A DNA stretch of 64,000 bases from an uncultured Candidatus Saccharibacteria bacterium (lineage in GTDB: Bacteria; Patescibacteriota; Minisyncoccia; Phycocordibacterales; JAACPR01): the NCBI GenBank assembly GCA_964538855.1, contig CAZIEY010000001.1:163059-227058 (forward strand). Direction: 5' to 3'. The position numbers were made by a program, and so were the translations under genes. The notes beneath the pieces were generated by a model. The model searched no databases. It was given only the letters and a program-made list of their open reading frames with translations, and was not told where the DNA came from. Each line of letters begins with the position of its first letter. Position 1 is the stretch's first letter. Shown in pieces: positions 18,380-27,163 of this stretch.

Positions 18380-18535
18380 AAGAGGAGTAATGCGGAGCAT
18401 TACGACGGGAATCGAAAGCCGGAGCGGGTTACCTGTTTGGAGCGTTAGCGACAAATAGGTCGCGAGGCGGGGTCGCGAACACTTAGATTTTTATGAGCGA
18501 ATGCGAAATAAAAAGCTTAGTGATTTGTGACCGAT
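18372..18535 (+). ncRNA. Candidate structured RNA element, copy 1 (unnamed)
   Basis: Shares conserved blocks with 20139-20313: GTGGAGATAAGA, ACGACGGGAATCGAAAG, GGGGTCGCGAACACTTAGATTTTTATGAGCGAA, GCGAAATAAAAAGCTTAGTGATT.GTGACCGAT. Helix 18387-18403 shows compensatory changes relative to copy 2. Confidence 0.4.
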
Positions 18536-18663
18536 TCAAGACATTTTTCTCCAAAGTGATTCTAAGCTATTGGGATATTACGTAATCATTGACAAACCAC
18601 ACAACATTATGTAATGTACCAAATAGACGATTCATTTCCAACCCCAACCCCGAAGGAACTCTC

Positions 18664-19092
18664 ATGAACGCAACTGCAGATCTCATTCGCGACGACCGCT
18701 GCACCACAGCACTCAAACCGTTAGTCGAAGAGGGTGTCAACCGTCTGAAGACCTTCATCGTCTGCGCAAGCCTGGGCGATTTGAACAATTGGCACCTTCC
18801 CAAAGTCGGTCATGCCACCCTCAACCTAACGGTTCGGGATGGAAATATCGTCGAAGGGACGATTTCCATTCAGGATGGTGAAAACTTCACTGTCAAAGCC
18901 ATAGTCTCGGGACTGACGGGTAACTGCGTGGCGGTGATTGTGAATAAAAGCGAAGGTCCTGTGAAGCTGTATTTGAACATCCCACTCAAGGCTGACAGCA
19001 ACCCAGCTTTGTCAGCACTTTGTGAGATGAGAAAATGCGAGGAGCAGCAGCGAATTGAGAATGTCGCGACCAGGCTCAAAAACCTTCGATAG
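18664..19092 (+). CDS. Hypothetical protein (GC-rich)
   Basis: 142 aa from the ATG after the leader ccaaccccaaccccgaaggaactctc; the ORF opens at 18589. Followed by a terminator. Confidence 0.45.
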   Translation: MNATADLIRDDRCTTALKPLVEEGVNRLKTFIVCASLGDLNNWHLPKVGHATLNLTVRDGNIVEGTISIQDGENFTVKAIVSGLTGNCVAVIVNKSEGPVKLYLNIPLKADSNPALSALCEMRKCEEQQRIENVATRLKNLR

Positions 19093-19149
19093 TGGTAAAC
19101 CCACCCGGTGAAGCAACCGAAGAGTCCGAACCTCTTAAAACTGCCAAAC

Positions 19150-19190
19150 GGCACCTAGCGCTTTTAGCTCCTGGTGCCTTTACTTTTATT
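19150..19190 (+). terminator. Rho-independent terminator
   Basis: ggcacc...ggtgcc stem followed by tttacttttatt. Confidence 0.5.
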
Positions 19191-19198
19191 AACTGTCG

Positions 19199-19330
19199 AT
19201 AGAAGCGCCGGGAATCGAACCAGGAAGGGGTCGGGAAACCTGTGGTTTCCCGTGGAGGAAGGCAGTGAGCGATAGCGAGCGTTGGAAAACCGTGGGTTTC
19301 CAAGTTGATTCAATAGCGAAGCGACCCGCC
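19199..19330. other. GC-rich non-coding segment with two perfect hairpins and a minus-strand tRNA 3'-end-like fragment
   Basis: Hairpins cgggaaacc-tgt-ggtttcccg and ggaaaacc-gtg-ggtttcc. The reverse complement of 19199-19226 reads CCTGG-TTCGATT-CCCGG-CGCTTCT-A (T-arm plus 3' acceptor strand) with no matching 5' acceptor strand. Confidence 0.3.
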
Positions 19331-19377
19331 ATCCCTGCAATTTTAAAAAATCTATCAACATGTAGTATAATTCATTT

Positions 19378-19590
19378 ATGAAAAAGGCTTTTAAAATAAT
19401 ACTCTCGGTGTTGATTATATTTTTACTTTTGTCTGCATTACTAGCTTATCTAGTCTTTAGTGGACATATAGAATGTAATTTCCTAATTACAAACGGGCCT
19501 AGAGTAGAAGATTCGTTTATGTGTCCAATCATCGGTTTTTTGGGGTACATTTGGTATTTCATTTCGCTACCTTTTTCTCCATTCTTTTAG
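19378..19590 (+). CDS. Hypothetical small membrane protein (AT-rich)
   Basis: 70-aa ORF with two hydrophobic segments. Confidence 0.3.
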   Translation: MKKAFKIILSVLIIFLLLSALLAYLVFSGHIECNFLITNGPRVEDSFMCPIIGFLGYIWYFISLPFSPFF

Positions 19591-19809
19591 AATAAGCCTC
19601 TACATCACAAACAAGTCCTGGCCCCATACATTTACCACCTTAAAATAATGGTACAATTATTAGATGAGTAATTATAGAATACATCATTATTTACTAGTAA
19701 TAGTAATCACAATATTAACGATCATCGGTGCCTGGTATTATTTTACTAAAAAAATGTAAGCTGCGCTCGAGACAGCCAAGGTATCAAATCATATATTCTT
19801 AAATCAGAA

Positions 19810-20109
19810 TTGACTGCTTACGAAAATGTAATAAAAAATATCGACGGTAGTCAACATTTTGAAGACTGGAACATATTCCAAAAAATCAAAGATAGCGCGT
19901 CAATTTACGCACAGGACGTAAATAATTGTTACAGTGAACATACTTATCAGATAAAAAAAGGAAATATACTGGTTGAAGTAACCCAAGAGGAATTTCAAGA
20001 TTATTTAATGAGTAGCGCATTTAATAGCAATTTTTGTGAAAGTGCAGTTCAACTTACTAAGTCTGGCCCTAGCCCAGTCTTTATTAAAAATAATTTCTGT
20101 ACAAGATAA
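19810..20109 (+). CDS. Hypothetical protein
   Basis: 99-aa ORF, AT-rich, no motif. Confidence 0.3.
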   Translation: MTAYENVIKNIDGSQHFEDWNIFQKIKDSASIYAQDVNNCYSEHTYQIKKGNILVEVTQEEFQDYLMSSAFNSNFCESAVQLTKSGPSPVFIKNNFCTR

Positions 20110-20138
20110 TACCTTTCTAGTTGGTTCCAAATATTTCT

Positions 20139-20313
20139 GTGGAGATAAGAAGAGGTGCGCGGAGCGTACCGACGGGAATCGAAAGGCGCGGGCGGGGACC
20201 ACTCTGGTCGAGAGTATCGAGACCTGGGGCGCCGAGCCGGGGTCGCGAACACTTAGATTTTTATGAGCGAACGATAGAGAGCGAAATAAAAAGCTTAGTG
20301 ATTCGTGACCGAT
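20139..20313 (+). ncRNA. Candidate structured RNA element, copy 2 (unnamed)
   Basis: Direct, diverged copy (about 70% identity) of 18372-18535. Helix 20154-20170 (ggtgcgc-gga-gcgtacc) covaries with copy 1. Confidence 0.4.
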
Positions 20314-20362
20314 GATTAAAAATCTCTCCTATTTGATTTATACACACGCAAAAACACGCCTC

Positions 20363-20782
20363 TTATTTCACCGGAAATAAATGTTTAACAACTACAAGCA
20401 ACATTGTTGTTATCTGCAAAATAGTTGCAGTAATTAAAGTTCTAAAGTTCCAACTGTCCAAAGAAAAACCCAAATTCTTAAAGCCTTGATAAAAGGTAAT
20501 TGCAAACACTAACCCGGTTTCAACTGCTAAAAATAAAAACAATCTATCTAAAGTATTTCGCTTTAGAGCAATATTTTGTCTTAAATCTTCATTCTCAATT
20601 TCTTTCTTCTCCCGCTCATAGTCTCGTAGTTTATCTGGCACAGACTTACCTGAGCGAGAAAACGAGGATAAATATTTCTTGAAAAATTTGTTATCCGATA
20701 AATCTGAGTTTGATGATGTGATAAAACTCTTAAATAGCGCAATCTGCTCTTCCTGATTATTCTGAGACTTTGTATTTCCCAT
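20363..20782 (-). CDS. Hypothetical membrane protein (cytoplasmic N-domain, C-terminal TM pair)
   Basis: 139-aa ORF, last gene of the 22214-20363 minus-strand operon. Confidence 0.5.
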   Translation of the reverse strand: MGNTKSQNNQEEQIALFKSFITSSNSDLSDNKFFKKYLSSFSRSGKSVPDKLRDYEREKKEIENEDLRQNIALKRNTLDRLFLFLAVETGLVFAITFYQGFKNLGFSLDSWNFRTLITATILQITTMLLVVVKHLFPVK

Positions 20783-20786
20783 AGAT

Positions 20787-21368
20787 TTAACTTTCCAAGA
20801 GTTTTAACCTTTCTAGTCTTATAGACATCGCCAATGGAGAGACATCGAAAATCTCTGCGGTCTCTTCGATGTCCTTCACCTTACCCCACACCTCTCTCAC
20901 TAAATTTTCAGGCATAATTAGCTCGGCAGCAAAATTATTAGCCTCCTTCTCAATCTGACTGCTCTCTTGATCACTTAAACGAAACAACATTTTTGTACTA
21001 TCTAACGAATCCCCTCTGTCAATAATAGCGGATTCTATTTTTAATTTGTCTTGATGTAAAAAATAATGCCCTAATTCGTGAGCTAACGTAAAATGCTGTC
21101 GTGTTTTAGAATCATTTTTATTGATGATAATTGTAAATCTTTGTGCATCCTTCTCAAAAAAGATTACTCCTGATACATTGGACATATCATCAGTAAAATC
21201 GACATATGCAAATTTTAAATCTTGAATTTCACTTTCGATATTTTCATACGGAAAAGGAGACAGGTTTTTTGGATTGTATTTCTGTCTCACTTCTATAGCT
21301 TTAGATATAGCGCGTTCAATTTTTTGATCCATAGTGACAGTATTATATACGATAGGTTGCACACTCAC
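20787..21368 (-). CDS. ImmA/IrrE-family metallo-endopeptidase
   Basis: HELGHYFLH zinc motif and the downstream EANNFAAELIMP motif typical of the ImmA/IrrE (DUF955) family. Confidence 0.8.
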   Translation of the reverse strand: MSVQPIVYNTVTMDQKIERAISKAIEVRQKYNPKNLSPFPYENIESEIQDLKFAYVDFTDDMSNVSGVIFFEKDAQRFTIIINKNDSKTRQHFTLAHELGHYFLHQDKLKIESAIIDRGDSLDSTKMLFRLSDQESSQIEKEANNFAAELIMPENLVREVWGKVKDIEETAEIFDVSPLAMSIRLERLKLLES

Positions 21369-21416
21369 AATAATGCCCGCACAGAGTAACGAAAAATCGT
21401 AATATCTACTCTGAAC

Positions 21417-22214
21417 TTACTCAAGACTGGCTACCCCATCTGTACAAACAAACTTTCCCTCGTCTTTACTAAGCAAAAATGTACTATATATCAAATCTCC
21501 ACATGTTTGATAGTATCTCTTATCGTTAGATACTGTCTTGAATTCATAGTTATCTTTGTTTTTATGTTTTAAATACGAATTACAAACCTTCTGGTCTGCT
21601 TTTTGTAAAAATTTGGAATCACAGTCATTATCTTCAGCATAAATAAGTGCAATTTCGCTAATGCTTATACTTTTTACTTTCTTTTCTGGAATTTTATAAT
21701 CCACAAACATTAAATCCACCAAATCAGAGAGCATCTCTCTACATTTATCACTAGGCGCTTCTCCGCGACACTCTTGATCGTATTTTTTATCTAATTTTAT
21801 ATATTTAGGATTTTTAGAATAATTCAAACCACCTGTATATGTTGAAGGATAAGAAGATGTGTAACTTGGTACATACGTAGGTGTGTAGCTAGGTGTATAT
21901 GTTGGAGTGTAACTTGGAACAGAATACGAATTACTTTCATACAAAGACTTCCCTGTGTAGTAACTTGGATCTGTAATATAAGTTGGAGTATCCCAAGTCG
22001 AGCCTCGAGTACCATACGAACTATTGTATAAACCCTGGCTCGGCTTGTATCCATAATTATCGTACTTCAAACCGTTTGGATTGCTTCTAACATGAGGAGC
22101 AACGTAAGTTCCATTTGATCGATAATACCCTTTAACACTTACATAAGCATCGACATTAAATAACGGTGTAAATGACAATAACAATAAAAATAGACCGATT
22201 AGTAGTTTTTTCAT
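21417..22214 (-). CDS. Secreted Tyr/Ser/Thr/Pro-rich repeat protein with Cys-containing C-terminal domain
   Basis: Signal peptide MKKLLIGLFLLLLSFTPLFNVDA. Tandem PSYTPTYTPSYTPTYVPSYTSSYPSTY repeats (15-bp DNA period at about 21850-21960). Internal Met chosen; the ORF extends to 22313. Confidence 0.6.
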   Translation of the reverse strand: MKKLLIGLFLLLLSFTPLFNVDAYVSVKGYYRSNGTYVAPHVRSNPNGLKYDNYGYKPSQGLYNSSYGTRGSTWDTPTYITDPSYYTGKSLYESNSYSVPSYTPTYTPSYTPTYVPSYTSSYPSTYTGGLNYSKNPKYIKLDKKYDQECRGEAPSDKCREMLSDLVDLMFVDYKIPEKKVKSISISEIALIYAEDNDCDSKFLQKADQKVCNSYLKHKNKDNYEFKTVSNDKRYYQTCGDLIYSTFLLSKDEGKFVCTDGVASLE

Positions 22215-22419
22215 ATAACCCCATCCTACCCCCTTCCAAAAATAAAACAAGCACTCCCTACTCACACCCCACCCCATCACCATCCCTATCCACATCAAAC
22301 ACATCCGCACCAATCACTCGTACCACTCCCGTATAATGAGGTCCGTTACCAGAGCCGCCAGCGCAGTCATATGTCACGTGGTGCCAAGCTATTGAAGGAT
22401 TACGCACCACTTGACATTA

Positions 22420-22448
22420 CTAATATATAAATGTATATTATCAAACGA
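22420..22448 (+). promoter_or_regulatory. Sigma70-like promoter (TTGACA-17-TATATT)
   Basis: -35 at 22420-22425, 17-nt spacer, -10 at 22443-22448, upstream of the 22488 ORF. Confidence 0.45.
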
Positions 22449-22487
22449 CCCCAACCCGTTCTTTACCCACCACATCAGGAGACAGCA

Positions 22488-22763
22488 ATGAAAAACCCCT
22501 CGGAATATTCTGGTCCGTTCATCATCGAAATCTGGAACGAAGCTAAGACGGAACACGTGCCGTCTTCCGCAAGGATTATTGATGGAAATCAGATCAGTGT
22601 CACATCCGGGCGTTTCCACAACTCCTTGGGTGGCATCCAATTCTATTCGGACGGGCAACCCTTCAGCTTTCATGCCTTATATATTCGCAGGATCACCAAT
22701 CCCAGCGGGCAAATTATCTGGAGGAACTGGCATAACAAGGATGAGCCGGTACCCGCCAAATAA
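22488..22763 (+). CDS. Hypothetical protein (GC-rich)
   Basis: 91 aa from the ATG after the RBS caggagacagca. Followed by a strong terminator. Confidence 0.45.
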   Translation: MKNPSEYSGPFIIEIWNEAKTEHVPSSARIIDGNQISVTSGRFHNSLGGIQFYSDGQPFSFHALYIRRITNPSGQIIWRNWHNKDEPVPAK

Positions 22764-22773
22764 CCTCCGCCCA

Positions 22774-22820
22774 CCCCGCTAGTGAACCCCCGTTAGTTCA
22801 CTAGCGGGGTTTCTTTTTAT
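22774..22820 (+). terminator. Rho-independent terminator
   Basis: Perfect 12-bp stem ccgctagtgaac/gttcactagcgg followed by gtttcttttt. Confidence 0.7.
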
Positions 22821-22916
22821 CCTGCCACCTACCTCACACACAATCTTGACTGCGACCCTCACATTGCTATAATACATTTCGTATCCACTCGAAACGTACT
22901 GCATAAGATTCCGTCC

Positions 22917-23426
22917 TTATGTGGTGCGTTTCATTTTATAAGCAAGCTTTTTCTTAAGATCATTCAAAGATTGCAATCTATCATGTGCAGCGAGGCATAA
23001 AATCTTGGCGCAAAAGTTTTTATTAGGACTTACTACCGCCTCAAACTTAGAAACCGAATATAAATACTGGACCAAAGAATAAAAATCACCGTCGTTACTT
23101 ACAATCACCGCGTTTTCATAATCATCGAACTCAAGCATTGCAGTCAAAACCAGATCTGCATCGACATTCCCCTTGCGATGACCTCGTGCATCAAACGTAG
23201 TGGGTTTAAATTTCAAAATAAAACCAGCGTGCTGTAACGTATCATACAAAGACTGATTATTAGGTACAAAACCAATGAATAAGTAAGCTCGTTCAACACC
23301 ATATTTTTCTCTTAAGTACACCCGAAACTTTGCGTAATCCAATTTCCAACCAAGGGACTGAATACCTAAATGTAAGTTCTGACTGTCGATAAAAGCATAA
23401 TTGCGGCGATTAGAAATCACACGCAC
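22917..23426 (-). CDS. NYN-domain (LabA-like) protein
   Basis: AFIDSQNLH, DADLVLTAM, and VIVSNDGDF motifs of the NYN/PIN-like nuclease fold. Confidence 0.75.
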   Translation of the reverse strand: MRVISNRRNYAFIDSQNLHLGIQSLGWKLDYAKFRVYLREKYGVERAYLFIGFVPNNQSLYDTLQHAGFILKFKPTTFDARGHRKGNVDADLVLTAMLEFDDYENAVIVSNDGDFYSLVQYLYSVSKFEAVVSPNKNFCAKILCLAAHDRLQSLNDLKKKLAYKMKRTT

Positions 23427-23793
23427 ATTATACTGACGGGGGTTAAAATATTTTTAAAGAAAGATTAAAGAAATTGTGAGGTTTTTTCTTGTCTTCACTT
23501 GGATAATTACATATAAATAACTTGTGGCATACAATAATCATGATACCCAAAAAAAAATAACAACGAACCAATTATCCATTCTGGAAATATGGAGGAAGAT
23601 TAAAAGAAAAAACACCAACCGAAGTTGATGTGTTTTCGTGTGCCTGGTTACAGTTTTAAAGTGACCGTGAGAGGGTAAATACCCACCAAACACATTTATA
23701 GTATAGCGCGATTTTCATAAAAATCAAGTCCGCGTTTTAACCAATTCCCCCTCCATATTTGCACCACCACCCACCACACGATACTATTACATC

Positions 23794-24282
23794 ATGAACA
23801 TCCAACCACTACGCCCTTGGGAAAAATTATTAGACATTATTCTCATACCAATCATGCGACTCGTTTCCGGTGCACCCGCAGAGGAACCTCAAAGAAGTCA
23901 TGTGTGGAATGTAAAAACTCTCACTCCGCGAGATGTTGAGAACTTAGACAAAAGCCTAATGGTCACAAACAGTGGAATGTCGCGCGGCGTGCAAAGAAGC
24001 AAAATCATACCGAGACATCACATTCCAATTTTTGGCGGATGGAAAAACTATATCGTCATCTCACCCAAAAATCCTGAGGCAGGATGGTTCATTGGCTGGA
24101 ACACACATAAAGTTACCGAACATTCTCGAATCGAATTGAGAACTCCTGTGCGAATGTTAGTTGCTCCCGAACAAGTGCAATTTTTTGCCTTTTCTATATC
24201 CGGAGAGCAAATTCGAATCGAACAAATCGGAGAAGGCGTTGTCGGTGATAAAAGTCAGTATTCGAAATTGCCGTTGTTGTAG
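23794..24282 (+). CDS. Hypothetical protein
   Basis: 162-aa ORF preceded by a C-rich leader (ccccctcc...caccaccacccaccac). Confidence 0.45.
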   Translation: MNIQPLRPWEKLLDIILIPIMRLVSGAPAEEPQRSHVWNVKTLTPRDVENLDKSLMVTNSGMSRGVQRSKIIPRHHIPIFGGWKNYIVISPKNPEAGWFIGWNTHKVTEHSRIELRTPVRMLVAPEQVQFFAFSISGEQIRIEQIGEGVVGDKSQYSKLPLL

Positions 24283-24352
24283 TTACGAACCCGCCCCTAC
24301 CCACATCAAAATTCCATAAAAACCAACCCAAAAATGATAAACTGAAGTAGTT

Positions 24353-24778
24353 ATGGAACCAAACGAAAACAGACCTAAAATCGGTGTAGGAGTAATGATC
24401 TTCAAGGATAATAAAATCCTTTTAGGAAAAAGAAAAGGTTCTCATGGTGCTGGTGAATATACTTGGCCAGGAGGACACATGGAATACATGGAAAGTTTCG
24501 AACAAACAATTCGAAGAGAAACTAAAGAAGAAACAGGACTTGAAATTGAAAACGTAAAATTCTTGCGCCTGCTCAATTTAAAAGCTTACGCCCCAAAACA
24601 TTATGTCGATATTCTGATGACAGCAGATTGGAAAAGTGGTGAGCCAAAAGTATTGGAACCAAACACATGCGAGGGATGGGATTGGTATAATATTAATAAT
24701 CTACCAGAGCCATTATTCAAAGCAGTATATTCTGGTGTTGAAGCACACAAAACAGGTAAGATATTTTTTGACAATTAA
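24353..24778 (+). CDS. NUDIX hydrolase
   Basis: Nudix box GGHMEYMESFEQTIRRETKEETGLEI. Confidence 0.8.
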   Translation: MEPNENRPKIGVGVMIFKDNKILLGKRKGSHGAGEYTWPGGHMEYMESFEQTIRRETKEETGLEIENVKFLRLLNLKAYAPKHYVDILMTADWKSGEPKVLEPNTCEGWDWYNINNLPEPLFKAVYSGVEAHKTGKIFFDN

Positions 24779-24922
24779 ATCTAGTCTGACGAGTAACCTT
24801 ATAATAATGACTACGCTTTTATGAACAAGTATGATATATATAATCTGGATCAGTTTCGAAGAACAGTTTCTTCGAGTCCACAAATGGCCGTAGTGAGCCA
24901 CTACCAAACGGAGTAAATCACG

Positions 24923-25273
24923 ATGAAAAGTCTGAGCATCAACCACTCGAAAGACCTGCTTCTGCGGTTGAGTTTAGATGGCGCCAGTGTCGGGGCGAAA
25001 AAAATGCACACGTTCATCTCCGCATTGTGGTTTGGACTAATGATAGATACAAATGCAAAAACGAGCATCCCCGATATTGATACGATCTTGCGCAAGGAGC
25101 TCTTTAACCTCAGAGGCCGCCATCGTGTAACGATCGGACTCTCTATTCACGTCCAAAATCCGGGACATGATGGATGGATTAGAGTAAATCTCTGTGGCTA
25201 TGTAAAAAACTCTGGAGGTCCTGTCTATCGCAACAATGTTCTATTCAAAATCGACACTGGAGAAATAAAATAA
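24923..25273 (+). CDS. Hypothetical protein
   Basis: 116-aa ORF, no motif. Confidence 0.35.
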   Translation: MKSLSINHSKDLLLRLSLDGASVGAKKMHTFISALWFGLMIDTNAKTSIPDIDTILRKELFNLRGRHRVTIGLSIHVQNPGHDGWIRVNLCGYVKNSGGPVYRNNVLFKIDTGEIK

Positions 25274-25341
25274 GAATCTAAGCCCACCAACCGCAACACG
25301 GAAGAAACCCATCCGTCGCGAGATAGGTGGGTTTTTTCTTT

Positions 25342-27132
25342 TTAACGAAACTCCACTTCCTCCCCCTTATGACTCAACACGAATTCCTCCCACGATTTTT
25401 TGAATTCGGCGTCGCGTGCGAGCAGCTCATTAAACGAACCTTGATTGCGAATCGCGCCCTTGTCCAAAATCACAATGCGATCAAAATATTTGAGCAAGTT
25501 CATTTTATGAATTGATGCAATAATTGTGGCATCGCGAAAATTCTCGAAAATGTGTTTGTAAATTTTCACTTCGTTAACAGGATCAACTGAGCTGGTCGAT
25601 TCGTCGAGCAACATGATTTTCTTGTCCTTCGAGAACAACAACGCACGCGTTAACGCGAGACGTTGTTTCTGCCCTCCTGATAAATTCACACCTTTTTCAT
25701 TCACCACCGATTCGATTTTACGTGGTAATTGCTCAATCACATCAGTAAACATCGCAGCATCAGATGCACGGCGAATTTCCTCGTCGGTGAAGTCGAGCAA
25801 AAGTGTGATGTTTTCGCGAATACTTGCAGAAAAAACTTCGGGTTCCTGTGGCACCAATGTTGATTCCAAATCGAGGTCCGCAAAATTTGTTGTGATTGGT
25901 GTCGCACCGTCGATTGAAACCTTGGCAGAAGCCATTTCATACATACCGTGCAATATCTTCAACAATGTCGATTTACCAGAACCACTTTCCCCGATGAAGG
26001 CGATTTTTTCGCCGCGCTGTAATGCGAAATTAAAATCAACAAATTCTTTACGCACGCCAGTCGTGTCATAGGCAAAATTCAAATTAGAGATTGAAAGCGT
26101 ATTCCAATTTTCAATATGTCGCTTGTATGCACGTATATTTTTATCAAATGCAGCTTCGATAGGTTCAACGTTTTGCAGACGTGCTTTGTCCATGATCAAA
26201 TCGGCATACATATGCGTAAACGTATAATACACACCTATCAAGTTAGATAAATACAAATAAAGTGTGCTCAATGTACCAATCAATACAGTCCCTGTCGTGT
26301 GATATTGATTCCATACATAATATGCGAGAGGTACCGAGACAATACACGCAAATAATATTCCGCCAAGTGCCCATTTGGCCTCGATCCACTGATATTTGAT
26401 TTTAAAATTACCGAATGAAGCCCAGCTCGATTTCATGATGCTCTGTAAAATAGAAGATTCGATACCCAATACTTTCACTGTGGTGACATTTGAAAGACCA
26501 TCAAACACCTTCGCTGAAGCCTTATTTTCTAGTTCATTAATAATTTTATACTGCGGAATAATCTTCTTATCAAAACAAAAAATAATGAAAAGTGATAACG
26601 CCAACAATACTATCGCAATAGCGCCCACCGTCACATCAAAATACATGAGTGCGATTGTCGTACCGATTGCACGCACCCACACATACAAAAATGTAGATAC
26701 GTTACCTGCTGCTTGCGACAATGCTTCTGTTGATTTATTTACTTTGTCGATAGTATCTCCCGAATCGTGATCAGTGTGCCATGAAAGTGGTAAAGATAAT
26801 ACACCTTGGTATAAAAACTTTTTATAATTTCTATCGATACGAAATTGATTGTACATTTCAAGCAACGCACCAGGTGCACCAACGGCGCGCGCAATCAATT
26901 CAACAAAAACAGAACTTGCAATCAACAGGAAAATGAATGGCATGTTTTGCAAACCATTCACTTGGATTTCATTAATGAGCATTCCAAACGTCACAGGTGT
27001 AACTAACCACATTGCCTGGTTAATCAAAATAAGCACCGCAGACGCAATGAATTGAGGTTTAAACGCGCCAATAAAGCGCCAGATTTTACGTAGCAAAAAT
27101 ATCGTTGGCTCCTTTTTGAGAATAGAAAACAT
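25342..27132 (-). CDS. ABC exporter, fused permease/ATP-binding protein
   Basis: 596 aa. Six TM segments in the N-terminal half. Walker A GESGSGKST, signature LSGGQKQRLALTRAL, Walker B IMLLDEST. Confidence 0.9.
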   Translation of the reverse strand: MFSILKKEPTIFLLRKIWRFIGAFKPQFIASAVLILINQAMWLVTPVTFGMLINEIQVNGLQNMPFIFLLIASSVFVELIARAVGAPGALLEMYNQFRIDRNYKKFLYQGVLSLPLSWHTDHDSGDTIDKVNKSTEALSQAAGNVSTFLYVWVRAIGTTIALMYFDVTVGAIAIVLLALSLFIIFCFDKKIIPQYKIINELENKASAKVFDGLSNVTTVKVLGIESSILQSIMKSSWASFGNFKIKYQWIEAKWALGGILFACIVSVPLAYYVWNQYHTTGTVLIGTLSTLYLYLSNLIGVYYTFTHMYADLIMDKARLQNVEPIEAAFDKNIRAYKRHIENWNTLSISNLNFAYDTTGVRKEFVDFNFALQRGEKIAFIGESGSGKSTLLKILHGMYEMASAKVSIDGATPITTNFADLDLESTLVPQEPEVFSASIRENITLLLDFTDEEIRRASDAAMFTDVIEQLPRKIESVVNEKGVNLSGGQKQRLALTRALLFSKDKKIMLLDESTSSVDPVNEVKIYKHIFENFRDATIIASIHKMNLLKYFDRIVILDKGAIRNQGSFNELLARDAEFKKSWEEFVLSHKGEEVEFR

Positions 27133-27163
27133 TATGTAATCCTATCATAAGACCTCACAAAAA

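Noticed and set aside
18372-18553. Interpreting the repeated element as a riboswitch or 5' leader of the 18664 gene
   Set aside because: The second copy (20139-20313) has no downstream plus-strand gene, and the two nearby genes share no homology. A free-standing RNA or att-type repeat is more consistent.
19199-19226. Possible complete tRNA gene on the minus strand
   Set aside because: Only the T-arm and acceptor 3' strand are recognisable, and no complementary 5' acceptor strand (AGAAGCG) exists upstream. It is kept only as a fragment or att-site candidate.
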